From Octopus vulgaris (lineage: Eukaryota), in the NCBI GenBank assembly GCA_951406725.2, contig OX597818.1, positions 119,846,001 through 119,910,000 of the forward strand: DNA of 64,000 nt, read 5' to 3'. A program made the position numbers and the translations under genes. This document shows, piece by piece, positions 38,360 through 49,879 of the stretch (within the stretch, counting starts at the first letter, position 1; the number at the start of each line of letters is the position of its first letter). Below the pieces are notes generated by a model that was not told the DNA's origin, did not search any database, and saw only the letters and a list, made by a program, of their open reading frames with translations.

Positions 38360-39509
38360 ATATATATATGTGTGTGTGTGTATGCATATGTTTGTGTGTC
38401 TGTTTTTGTCCCCACCCCCAACATCACTTGACAACCGATGGTGGTGTGTTTACGTCCCCTAAACTTAGCGGTTCGGCAAAAGAGACTGATAGAATAAGTA
38501 CCAGGCTTACAAAGACTAAGTCCTGGGATCGATTTGCTCTACTAAAGGCGGTGCTCCAGCATGGCCGCTGTCAAATGACTGGAAAAAGTAAAAGAGAAAA
38601 AGAGTAAAGAGAGATTTGATGTGAAGTGTTATGGGGATAAAAGGAGGTCGAGCAGTGACAGAGATGGAGGTCAGAGACATGTTGGGGTGGATATACTGAG
38701 TGGTGAATAAAGTCGGGGGTGCCATCCATGGCAGATATGAGAAGGTGTTTAGGGGAAGGGGTGTTCGGTGAAAAATAAAGTGCTGAGGTTTAATACTGAG
38801 AATGCAAGATTGATGAGAAAAGGAAGTACTTCTAAGAAAGGGGACAACATGTGGCATAAAAGGGGATGAAATACGTGCAGTTCTTCTTTCATCTAATTGG
38901 AACATCTCAATAGATAATGCTGTAAATAAATAAATAAATGAATAGTGCTGTAGTAAGAAGAGTGATGAAAGGATGGGTGTTCTGAAGATGAGTTGTAAGG
39001 GAGGCCCCACAGGGACAAGTTGGGTGCAAGGGCATAGACATAAATGGCAAGCTTCCAGGGGTTTACTTTTTGCTGAGATGGGTGAGTCTTCTTAAGCAGA
39101 GAAAATTACCAGCACCTTAGTCCTCAGTTAATGAGTGCATGCATGCGTGTGTGTGTGTGTTAGAGAGAGAGAGATCACCATCATCATTATAACCTAACAT
39201 CTATTTTTCCATACAGGATTTGTTGAGACAGATTTTGTATAACTGGGTGCCTTTCCGGTCACTAACTTTCACCTGTTTCCAAGCAAGGTAATAATTACCA
39301 CCCATGGCCAGACATGCTTTTCATTGGAGACTAGAAATCAACAACATCGCTTGTATGACAGTGATGCTTATTTACGACCATCACATGATGTCAAGATAAT
39401 GGCACACACACACACTATAGTAAATGACACTTGTCTACATTACCAAACAAACCTTCTTAACTACACAGTCTGCGTGTATTTATAAATTTACATACATTCA
39501 TGCATACTC

Positions 39510-39541
<32 letters not shown>

Positions 39542-39980
39542 ACACGTAACTGGGACTCCACTGGTTATGATGTCGAGGGTTCCACTTGATCTGATCAACA
39601 AAACAGCCAGCTCACGAAATAAACATGCAAGTGGCTGAGTACTCCACAGACACGTGTACCCATAACATAGTTCTTAGAGAGATGCAGCATGACACAGAAT
39701 GTGACAAGGATGGCCCTTTTGAATTACTGGTACTAATCATTTACAAGTGGACATGGTTGACTGAAACTGGAAAAAACACGTCTCTCCTGCAGGTGTGGCT
39801 ATGTGGTAAGAAGCTTGCTTCCCAACCACATGGTTCCAGGTTCAGTCCCACTGCGTGGACTGGAGCAAAATGTAATAAAGCATCTTGCCTAAGGACACAA
39901 GGCACCGCAAGGAATCGAACTCACAACCTCATGATCATAATCTGAATACACTAACCACAAAGCTATGTGTCTTCACCAAG

Positions 39981-40015
<35 letters not shown>

Positions 40016-40027
40016 CATATATATATA

Positions 40028-40240
40028 AAGTTAATCCAAACAAGAAAGCACAAAAAAAACAACAACAACGCGAGGACGTGGAACAAATATAGTATTATTG
40101 GACGCTCAGGAAAGAAGGAAAGAAGGAGGGTTTAACGTTTCGAGCGGAGCTCTTCGTCGGAAACATAGGAGAAGGAAAGATCCAGAGAAGGGAAGACAGA
40201 GGAAAAAAAATCGCTAACAGTACACACGAGGTCACATTTT
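40028..40240 (-). mobile_element. Short TA-associated element, copy 3 (hammerhead-like motif 40130-40164)
   Basis: GTTT-CCGACGA-A-GAGC-tcc-GCTC-GAAA-CG-TT-AAAC, embedded in TA/TG microsatellite. Confidence 0.7.
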
Positions 40241-40246
40241 GACTGT

Positions 40247-40292
<46 letters not shown>

Positions 40293-40357
40293 ACAGTCAA
40301 AATAAATATAAAACAATATTATGAACATTTTAACAGCGTCCTACATCACGAACTCAC

Positions 40358-40470
40358 CTGTCGCCTCATCTGATTCACTCATCATTTGTGTGTACTTTCC
40401 AGAACAGTATCCTTTCACAGGAGAGCAAGAGCTAATCACATACAGTCCACGGCAACAGTCAGTAAGACAG
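40358..40470 (-). other. Candidate alternative FLAD1 exon (mutually exclusive with exon F, or alternative first exon)
   Basis: Non-repetitive sequence bounded by gtgtttgtAG and CAG|GTGAGT. 113 nt, open in phase 2->1, the same phases as exon F. Contains in-frame ATGATG (MMSESDEAT). Confidence 0.4.
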
Positions 40471-43091
40471 CTACAAACACTGAAAGCTAAGTGGCCTTAA
40501 TGGAAAGTGATAAACGAGGATTGCTACTGTCTCACTTTATCTTGACAATCCAATTAGTTATACACCATGTGACACACAAATCAGCTAAATGGCTTGCATC
40601 ATATCTTTAATTATAGCAACACTAACATCAACAACAAAAACAGTGGCTGTAATAATTAATTGATAAAGTAAGAATTCCATTTGTGATAGATTAAACGTAT
40701 CTTTATGTGTGATAATATGTAAGTAAAGGCATGGCTACGTTGTTAAGAAGCTTGCTTCCTAGCAACACGATTTGCAGTTTAGTCTCACAGCATACTACGT
40801 TGGACAAGAGGCTTTAACTACGGCCTCTCCACCTTTTGGTTGATAGAAGACTTACAAGTGGACATGGTTGACTGAAACTGGAAGAAACACGTCTCATGCA
40901 GGTGTGGCTATGTGGTAAGAAGCTTGCTTCCCAAACCACATGGTTCCGGGTTCAAGTCCCACTGCGTGGTACCTTGGGCAAGCGTCTTCTACTATAGCTT
41001 CAGGTCAACCAAAGCCTTGTGAGTGGATTTGGTAAACAGAAACTGAAAGAAGCCTGTCGTATATATCATCATCATCATCATCATCATCATTTAACGTCTG
41101 CTTTCCATGCTCGCATGGGTTGGACGGTTTGACTGGGGACTGGTGAGCCAGATGGCTGCACCAGGCTCCAATCTGATCTGGCAGAGTTTCTACAGCTGGA
41201 TGCCCTTCCTAACGCCAACCACTTCGAGAGTGTAGTGGTTGCTTTTACATGCCACCGGCACGAGGGCCAGTCAGGCGGTACTGGCAACATATATATATAT
41301 GTATATGTATATATATATATGTCTATATGTCTTTGCGTCTGTGTTTGTGCCCCCACCATCACTTGACAACCGATGTTGGTGTGTTTACATCCCTGTGACT
41401 TTGTGGTTTGGCAAAAGAGACCAATAGAATAAGTACTAAGCTTATCAAGAATAAGTCCTGGGGTTGATTTCTTTGACTAAAAAAACCCTGTAAGGTGGTG
41501 CTCCAGTATGGTCATAGTGAAATGACTAACGAGAGAAAAAATAGAAAACAGGACTAGTAAACACAGAGAAAGGACCCTTCATCAATTGTCAGTACTTTAT
41601 TTGTTTCAGTCATTTGACTGCGACCATGCTGTAGCACCGCCTTTAGTCAAGCAAATCGACATCAGGACTTATTCTTTGTAAGCCTAGTACTTATTCTATC
41701 GGTCTTTCTTGCTGAACTGCTAAGTGACGGGGACGTAAACACACCAGCATCGATTGTCAAGTGATGCTGAGTGACAAACACAGACACACAAACATACACA
41801 CACACACAAACACACACATATATATACACGACAGGCTTCTTTCAGTTTCCGTCTATCAAATACACTCACAAGGCTTCGGTCGGCTATAGTAGAAGACAGT
41901 TGCCTAAGGTGCCACGCAGTGGGACTGAACCCAGAACCATGTGATTGGTAAGCAAGCTACTTACCACACAGCCACTCCTATGCCATTGTTCATATATCCG
42001 GATAAGAAGCACATTCTAAAACATTAGAGCTTTAATGTATTTCTTAGGAAGTTAAGAATTATGGCCAGTCATAGAATGACCATTGGTCTTGCACCTATAA
42101 AGCACTGAGCAATGTAGATAATTCATCCAACTTAAATGGTTGCTAAGCGCTTTATAGGTACAAAGCCAATGGTCACTTTATTACCTTTAACTTCCTAATA
42201 TATATTTGTAACGGTTAAGTTTTAATTAGTGTAGTTACCAATTGTAGCGGGAGAAATTGTTTTGTAAACAATATTATGAAATGTCAGAGTCAGCAGTTAT
42301 AAAAGAATGTTGTAGGATGTGAAAGATGAACAATGCATGAAGTTTTAAGGAAGTATTTATTTGACTGAGGACTGGCGAGCCAGAAGGCTGCATCAGGCTC
42401 CAATCTGATCTGGCAAAGTTTCTACAGCTGGATGCCCTTCCTAACACCAACCACTCTGAGAGTGTAGTGGGTGCTTTTTGCATGCTACCAGCAAGAGGGC
42501 CAGTTAGGTGATACTGGCATTGGCCACGCTCAAATGGTGCTTTTTACGTGCCACCTGCACAGGAGCCAGTCCGGTTGCACTGGTAACAACCAATGCTTAA
42601 ATAGTACTTTTTACGTGCCACCAGCACAGGAGCCAGTCAGGCAACGCTGGCAACGACTGTGCTTGAATGGTACTTTTTACGTGCCACCAGTATGGGAGCC
42701 AGTCAGCAGCCCTGGCAGTCTTTCAAATCCACTCACAAGGATTTGGTGGGCTTGAGGCTATAGTAGAAGACACTTGCCCAAGGTGCCATGCAGTGGAACT
42801 GAACCAAAAACCATGTGGTTTGGAAGGACACTTTTTATCACACAGCCACAGACCAGGGAAACATTTCTAATATTTCTGTTGGTATTGAATAATGTAGTTT
42901 GAAGTGCCACATTCCTTAGAATTTTCCAACTAAAAAAAAAAAGCTGAGATGATCGAAGGATTGAATACCTATGACCAACCCATAGATTTGCTCAATTATT
43001 ACAAAACAGGTGTTAAACATCAACAATCAGCCAACTACATTTGGAATTTAGATGAATGACAAAAGCCAAAAGACGGTGAATAAGAACCTAC

Positions 43092-43237
43092 CTATTGTGA
43101 AATTCAGGGTAGGATCCAAGCTGCACTTGTTGAAATTTGGCATTGACATCATTGAGAATGTCTGTGATGGCTACCTCTTCTGCTGCTACATATATCTCCT
43201 TGGTGTGCAGTTGAGCATCGGGATTCATGAATAGGTG
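43092..43237 (-). CDS. FLAD1: FAD synthase exon E (not in ORF track in this frame)
   Basis: ttcttcAG..GTagg, phase 0->2. HLFMNPDAQLHTKEIYVAAEEVAITDILNDVNAKFQQVQLGSYPEFHN carries the LGSYP motif. Confidence 0.93.
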
Positions 43238-43326
43238 CTGAAGAATACAGACATACATATAAGTGACAAGTTTGTGTGTATATGGGTGTGAGTGTTTGTG
43301 TGTATGAGTTTTGTGGTATATGAGTT

Positions 43327-43470
43327 TTGTGGAATAAGCTGCCAGACGAGATGGTGAAGATGCCGACGACCGCTCGGTTCAAAGTCTCCCTTGACCTCAA
43401 GTGGCCTGAACTCTTTACATGAACACCACCCTGTACATAACTCCATGTTCCCCTACATGGCCTTGCTTTT
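43327..43470 (+). mobile_element. CR1-type LINE 3' end fragment
   Basis: LWNKLPDEMVKMPTTARFKVSLDLKWPELFT* followed by a short (ACTA)n tail. Confidence 0.6.
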
Positions 43471-44019
43471 TGCTTTTTGAGCCAAAAAATTAACTAACTA
43501 ACTAACTAACATATATCTGTCTACCTATGTGTAATTGTATAGGTTTCATCATCATCATCATCATCGTTTAACGTCTGCTTTCCATGCTGGCATGGGTTGG
43601 ATGATTTGATTGAGGACTGGTGAGCCAGATGGCTGCACCAGGCTGTAACTGTTCCTTTTTGGCATTCTTAAAGTTGGATCAAGGTGACAAACTGGCAGAA
43701 TTGTTGCCACACAGGTAAAATGCAGAGTGGCATTTTCTCTGCCCTTACATTCTGAGTTCAAATGCCACCGGGGTCGATTTCGCCTTTCGTCCTTTCAAGG
43801 TTGATCAAATGAAACTGAATTCCACCACCCCCCTTCCTGGCCCTGTGCCAAAATTTGAAATCATTCTAACATTTGGATCAGGGATTGACGATATGGCTGG
43901 CTACTACCTTTAGCACAGACAGCTACCTTTATTTAATGTCATTGACAGGTAACAAACTAACAACCAGTCAGTTGAGTGACCAGTATGGCACCTTGTCACA
44001 CTTGACCATCTGTGAATGA

Positions 44020-44350
44020 ATTCCAATATTTTAAATCTGGGTTTGTCTCCATTAACAGGGGTGGCCAGATCTACTTCACTCTTACAGAAACCACTCTCAC
44101 ACCATCTCACCCAGTTTGGGGCATCCTCCCTCCTCAAGCCAACCCTCCCAATCTCCTCCTCCACCTGTCCCCTCCACGTTTTCTTTGGTCGACCTCGCTT
44201 TCGAGGTTCATTCACCTTAAACTAAAGCACTCTCCTCAGAACATGATCTTCGTCCCTCCTCAACACATGTCCATACCACTGCACTCCATTCGCCCTTGCT
44301 AGCTGTTTCACCGATTTCTCCAACCCCAGCATCCTCATCAAGTCCTCATC
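44020..44350 (-). mobile_element. RTE-type LINE 3' end (further copies ~54540-54720 + and ~55310-55580 -)
   Basis: RKRGRPKKTWRGQVEEEIGRVGLRREDA..RW is shared by all three copies. Confidence 0.7.
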
Positions 44351-44924
44351 CTTCCTTTTAACACTTGACCATCTGTGTTCATATGAATACTTTGGTTTAC
44401 ATTAGGAAGGATATCCAAGTGTAAAAAACCATACCAAGGTAAAAGGAAAACAGAGGGTAGAAAGAGTCTATGTGGTCACACTATCTGCTAGAAATAGCAA
44501 CCAAATCGTTCTCAAACCACACTTTGTTTTAAAAACAGAGGGAAACATTTAATGATGCCAGAACACATTTGACCATATGTCTGTTCGTTTCAAGCTAATA
44601 TCATCATTCCCCACCACCACATCTTCATCGCCATCATCAGCAGCAACAACAGCAGCTGTTCAAGAATTTGGACCTGCAGATCTCCATTTCCAGCGACTTC
44701 GAGGGCCACCTCCCAGTGGTGGTGGGCATCAATGAAGAGCCCTCGACTACAACAAGACCAAAGTTTTTTTGTTTTTGCCAAGGTCTGGGGTCTCCCGGCC
44801 CTAAGCCCTAGACCATCACCTAATCACCCTTACCCATCTTGTTGCTTAACAACAACAACAACAACAGCAGTAACAATCGTCCAAATGTTAAAAGAAATAT
44901 AAAAAAAAAAGAAAAAAAACATAC

Positions 44925-45065
44925 CTTGAGGCTTATGAAACTTTTCTCAAGAAGAAACGGTATTCCAGGAAACATATAAACATTACTGACACAGACTAGG
45001 GGGTATTTACTTTTCACTTTTGTTTTTGGATGGACACCAAATTCCAGACGAGATGATTGAGGGAT
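44925..45065 (-). CDS. FLAD1: FAD synthase exon D
   Basis: ctctcaAG..GTatg, phase 0->0. IPQSSRLEFGVHPKTKVKSKYPLVCVSNVYMFPGIPFLLEKSFISLK carries the NVYxFPGIP motif. Confidence 0.94.
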
Positions 45066-46168
45066 CTTGAGAGTAAAAAGAAAAAGAAAAGGAAACAAAG
45101 AAAAATTAATTTCAGACTCCAAGACTGTCAAAACAACATATTCAATTTTCTAGCTTTTATCTTTTACTTGTAATAGGGTTGTGGCCATGCTAGAGCACTG
45201 CCTTGAAGGGTTCACTCAAACAAATCAACCCCAGTACTTATACTTTTTTTTTTAAACCTGACACTTATTCTATCAGTCTGTTTTGCTGAACTGCTAGTTT
45301 ACAGGAGCAAAGCCAATTGTCAAACGATGGTGGGGGACAAACACAAACACACACATCATCATCATCGTCGTCGTCGTCATTTAACGTCCATTTTCCATGC
45401 TGACATGGGTTGGACGGTTTGAGAGGAACTAGCTAGGCAGAAGACTACACCAGACTTCTGTGTCTGTTTTGGCACAGTTTTTACAGCAGGATGCCCTTCC
45501 TAACACCAAACACTCCATAGAGTGGGCTGAGGGCTTTTTATATGGCACCAGCACAAACAAGGTGAATTTTGACATGGCTTTTACAGCTATATGCCCTTCC
45601 AAATGCAAACCACTTTACAGTGTGGACTGGATGCTTTTTACATGGCTCCAGCATTGGCAGGGTCACCAAGTAATTTGCAAGACAAAGATCCTTTGAGAGG
45701 AGAGGGGGCACTGGAGGAGGTGACCTTATGCCTTCATCATCATCATCATCATCATTTAATGTCTGTTTTCCATGATGGCATGAGTTGGACACACTGACAA
45801 GAGCTGGTAAGCCAGAGGGCTGCACCAGGCACTAACTGTTTGATATAGCTTAGCTTCTATAGCTAGATGCCTTTCAAAACACCAACCAGTGTGGACTGAG
45901 TGGGTGCTTTAATGAAACACCAGCACTGGTGCTTTGTGTGTGTGCGTGTGCATGGCAGGCTTCTTTCAGTTTCTCTCTTCAAATCCACTAATAGGCACAG
46001 AAGTGGCTGTGTGGTAAGTAGGTTGCTTACCAACTACATGGTTCCGGGTTCATTCCCACCGCATGGCACCTTGGGCAAGTGTCTTCTACTATAGCCTCAG
46101 GCCGGCCAAAGCCTTGAGTGGATTTGGTAGACGGAAACTGAAAGACGTCTGTTGTATATATGTATATG

Positions 46169-46206
<38 letters not shown>

Positions 46207-47131
46207 TTTATGTGTTTGTGTTTGTCCCCCCAACATCGCCTGACAACTGATGGTGGTGTGTTTACGCCCCGGTAAATTAGCGGTTCGGCAAAAGATACCA
46301 ATAGAATAAGTACAAGGCTTACAAAGAATAAGTCTTGTGGTCGATTGGTTGATTTGCTCGACTAAAGGCAGTGCTCCAGCATGGCCAAAGTCAAATGACT
46401 GAAACAAGTAAAAAAGTAAAAGGAGAGAGTAAAGAGTAAGGCTTTGGTCAGTTTGTGGCCATAGAAGAAAACACTTGACCGCAGTGTCACACAATGGGAC
46501 TGAAGGTCAAACGGCTGGGAAGCAAGCTTCTTCACCACAGAGCCACACCTACACCTATCTATTTTTTTTTTCTTTTTATGAGATTCAAGTGTAATGCTAT
46601 CCACTGATTTTTTCCTGAGCATTGTATTAAATTTCACATATTACACACATGTAAATATAGAAGGTAACATTCCTAGGATACCGCTATGGAAGAATAATGC
46701 AGGGGAAGGGAGTGAACTTCTGATTTCTCATTTCTAGTACTTCAAAGTGTCAAGCTCACATCCTCCCATTATCAGCACTGATTGCAGAAAGCATCAATCA
46801 TGGCATTTAACAGAAAGTCTACCACTAGTTTCAAGAAAAAAAAAAAAAAAAGAATAGTGAATAACAGAAAACACAATCCTATAATATAAATAATAGGTAT
46901 ACTCTTTTACTTGTTTCAGTCATTTGACTGCGGCCATGCTGGAGCACCGCCTTTAGTCGAGCAAATCGACCCCAGGACTTATTCTTTGTAAGCCCTATAC
47001 TTATTCTATCGGTCTCTTTTGCCGAACTGCTAAGTTACGGGGACGTAAACACACCAGCATCGGTTTGTCAAGCGATGTTGGGGGGACAAACACAGACACA
47101 CAAACATACACACACACACACACACATATAA

Positions 47132-47164
<33 letters not shown>

Positions 47165-47543
47165 TCTCCCTCTCCCTCTTTCGGAGAGGCACTGAGCAGC
47201 TATACGCACACATACACACACGGCAGTAACTTCTACCTACCGAATTCAATCACAAAGCTCCGGTCGTCTCGGGACTTTAGTGAAAGACACCTACCCAAAG
47301 TGCCACGCAGTGGGACTGAACCCGAAACCATATAGCTAGGAAGCAAGCTCCCTAATCACACAGCCATGCCCGCGCCTACATATATATATATATACGACAG
47401 GCTTCTTTCAGTTTCCGTCTACCAAATCTACTCACAAGGCTTTAGTCGGCCCGAGGCTACAGTGGAAGACACTTGCTCTAGTACTTATTCTATCGGTCTC
47501 TTTTGCCGAACTACTAAGTTATATGTCCAATGCACATCACATA

Positions 47544-48502
47544 CATGGTCTGATCAAAAAGTATCAGAGCTGTTGCTATGGTGAAGCCAACTGACATAAA
47601 TCGACCTTGAACTCTGTTATACATGCAGACAAAGTTATAATGTTCTCACTCACTTCTGTTGTTTATAGCAGTGCTTGGAAGTGAAATGTGTAGAGTCTTG
47701 TTGCCTTAAAAAGATTAGGTTTCAGGTGCACAGGATGTTCTTGATTGTGTCAAAGATGATGCAAACTTTTTGAAAGCGATCATAACAGGTGACAAATCAT
47801 GTGTCTATGGCTGTGACTCTGAAATCAAGGCAAAGAGCAAATCCCATTCGAAAGGAGCAAAATTTCAAGACATCAAAGAAATCCAAGAGAATGAGATGAG
47901 TTCTGGGAATGCTTGCATCAATGGAAATGATGCTAGATAAAGTGTGTGACTTGAGAATGGGACTACTTCAAAGGAAATTAAATGCGAAATTGATATGTGT
48001 CATCATCATCATTTAACGTCTGTTTTCCATGCTAGCATGGGTTGGACGATTTGACTGAGGACTGGTGAACCAGATGGCTGCACCAGGCTCCAATCTGATC
48101 TGGCACTGTTTCTACAGCTGGATACCCTTACTAACACCAACCACTCTGAGAGTGTAGTGAGTGCTTTTACGTGCCACCGGCACGAGGGCCAGTGAGGCAG
48201 TACTGGCAACGGCCACGCTTAAATGGTGTTTTTTACGTGCCACCTGCACAGGAGCCAGTCCAGCGGCACTGGCAATGACCTCGCTCGAATGTTTTGTTCA
48301 CGTTCCACCGGCACAAATGCTAGTAAGGCAACATTGGTAACGATCACGCCTGAATTGTGTTTATTACATGCCACTCGCACGGAAGACAGTCAACGATCAC
48401 GCTCAGATGGTGCTCTTAGCGTTCCACTAGCACAGATGCCAGTCATCGAATTTGATTTTTCTTTTTACAGTACTAGTTCTGATACTTTTTGATCAGACCT
48501 CA
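47544..48502 (+). mobile_element. Degenerate mariner-like element with nested SINE
   Basis: TIRs ggtctgatcaaaaagtatcaga / tctgatactttttgatcagacc with TA flanks. Internal remnant DDANFLKAIITGDKSCVYG resembles the mariner ITGDETW motif. A family-C repeat is inserted at ~48001-48460. Confidence 0.75.
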
Positions 48503-48551
48503 TAAGAAGTTATTATACCTCTAATTACAAGACATAAGTGATATTTCTTAC

Positions 48552-48664
48552 CTTGGCCAATTTAAAGTGAGGTGAGGAAAGATCACTGACTTTGAAGTAC
48601 TCCTTAATGAATTCAGCAATGATTGGATTTAAAACTGTTTTCTCATCAAAAGCATTGGCTACAG
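48552..48664 (-). CDS. FLAD1: FAD synthase exon C
   Basis: tttcAG..GTaag, phase 1->0. (A)VANAFDEKTVLNPIIAEFIKEYFKVSDLSSPHFKLAK continues the frame. Confidence 0.93.
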
Positions 48665-48892
48665 CTGAAAGTAGAAACAAAAAAAGATAATGAAAAGCAT
48701 CTTTTTTAAAGATAAGACTGAAAGTCATACAATAACTAACAAAAGACAACTTAACAAATGATGAACAGGAAGAGATGAAATGGTAAGAAGGACCTCAATT
48801 GCGTTAAAACCCAGAAGAACATAGAAGCATTTTAGTTTAGTCATGATTTAGTATTAAGGACAAGACTATCTCTTTTAGTAATACTTTTATCA

Positions 48893-49879
48893 TGCTACTC
48901 AGGAGTGCAGTCTACAGCAGTATCCTATTTTAGTGTCCTGTCTACCGCAGTTTCTTGTCTATGCTGTGAAATTACTATTAGCATGTGATCTGCCTTTTCT
49001 TACACTCCTAATCTGAGTTAATTTTAACCATTACAATGCTGTTAAAAAATTTCTATAGACATGCAATTTTTACAGAGGAAACAGCAGTTGCATTTTTACA
49101 ACAAAACAATCTTCAATTATTCAATTTGTTTTGTTTTTTTTCATCCTATAGTATTGGGTTGTCCGGAAAGTTCGTGCCGATTTATAGCAGCTTACCTTTC
49201 GACTTATTTTAGAACATGGTTGAGTCCATAAAATAGGATTTGACTACACCTCCATTTAGAGCACAGTTTAAGCTATCTTTTCGTGGAAGAAGATTTATGT
49301 TCCTATAACCTGTGTTAAATTCTGTAACCCTTTAAAATGGAAAATAAGAAAGTTCATTTTCTGCACTTGATGCTTTGGGAACCAGACAAAAATTGCTGCA
49401 GCTTGGCTGGGATGTCTTACTCCACCCTCTATATTCACCAGATATTGCTCCTTCGGATTTCCACTTATTCAGGTCTCTGCAGAATAGTCTTAATGGTAAA
49501 AATTTCAATTCCTTGGATGACATAAAAAGATACCTTGATGAATTCTTTGACATGAAACCACCTCAATTCTGGGAAGAGGGTATTTTCAAGTTAAAGAAAA
49601 GATGGAAACGCATTGTGCAATATAATGGTTCATATTTGGTTGATTAAAAATCTAATGGCAAGTATTTATTGACCTTTTCCTTTCCTTTAAAAATTGGCAC
49701 AAACTTTCCGGACAACCCAATATAAAGTTCTTATAGTGGAGGTAGATCGCATGCTAAAGTAAAAAAGAGTAAGAAAAGGTAGACCGCACGCTAGAAATAA
49801 TTTCACAGCATAGATAGGATACTGCAATAGACCGCATGCTAAAGTAGAATGCTGTGGTAGCCCGCACGCTAAAGTAGCA
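48893..49879. mobile_element. Old non-autonomous DNA element with ~115-bp imperfect TIRs, hosting the mariner
   Basis: ~48893-49007 is the reverse complement of ~49765-49879 (e.g. tctatgctgtgaaatta / taatttcacagcataga). The arms contain repeated tagaccgcatgctaaagtag motifs. Confidence 0.65.
49154..49720 (+). mobile_element. Internally deleted mariner DNA transposon
   Basis: TIRs TTGGGTTGTCCGGAAAGTT../..AACTTTCCGGACAACCCAA with TA on both sides. ORF 49375-49647 has the mariner C-terminal motif HPLYSPDIAPSDFHLFRSL. Confidence 0.93.

Noticed and set aside
42471-42715. CRISPR-like array of hairpin repeats (gtgctttttacgtgccacc..gcac) with variable-looking spacers
   Set aside because: The spacers are homologous to each other, so this is a ~66-bp minisatellite inside a dispersed eukaryotic repeat. 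No cas genes are present.
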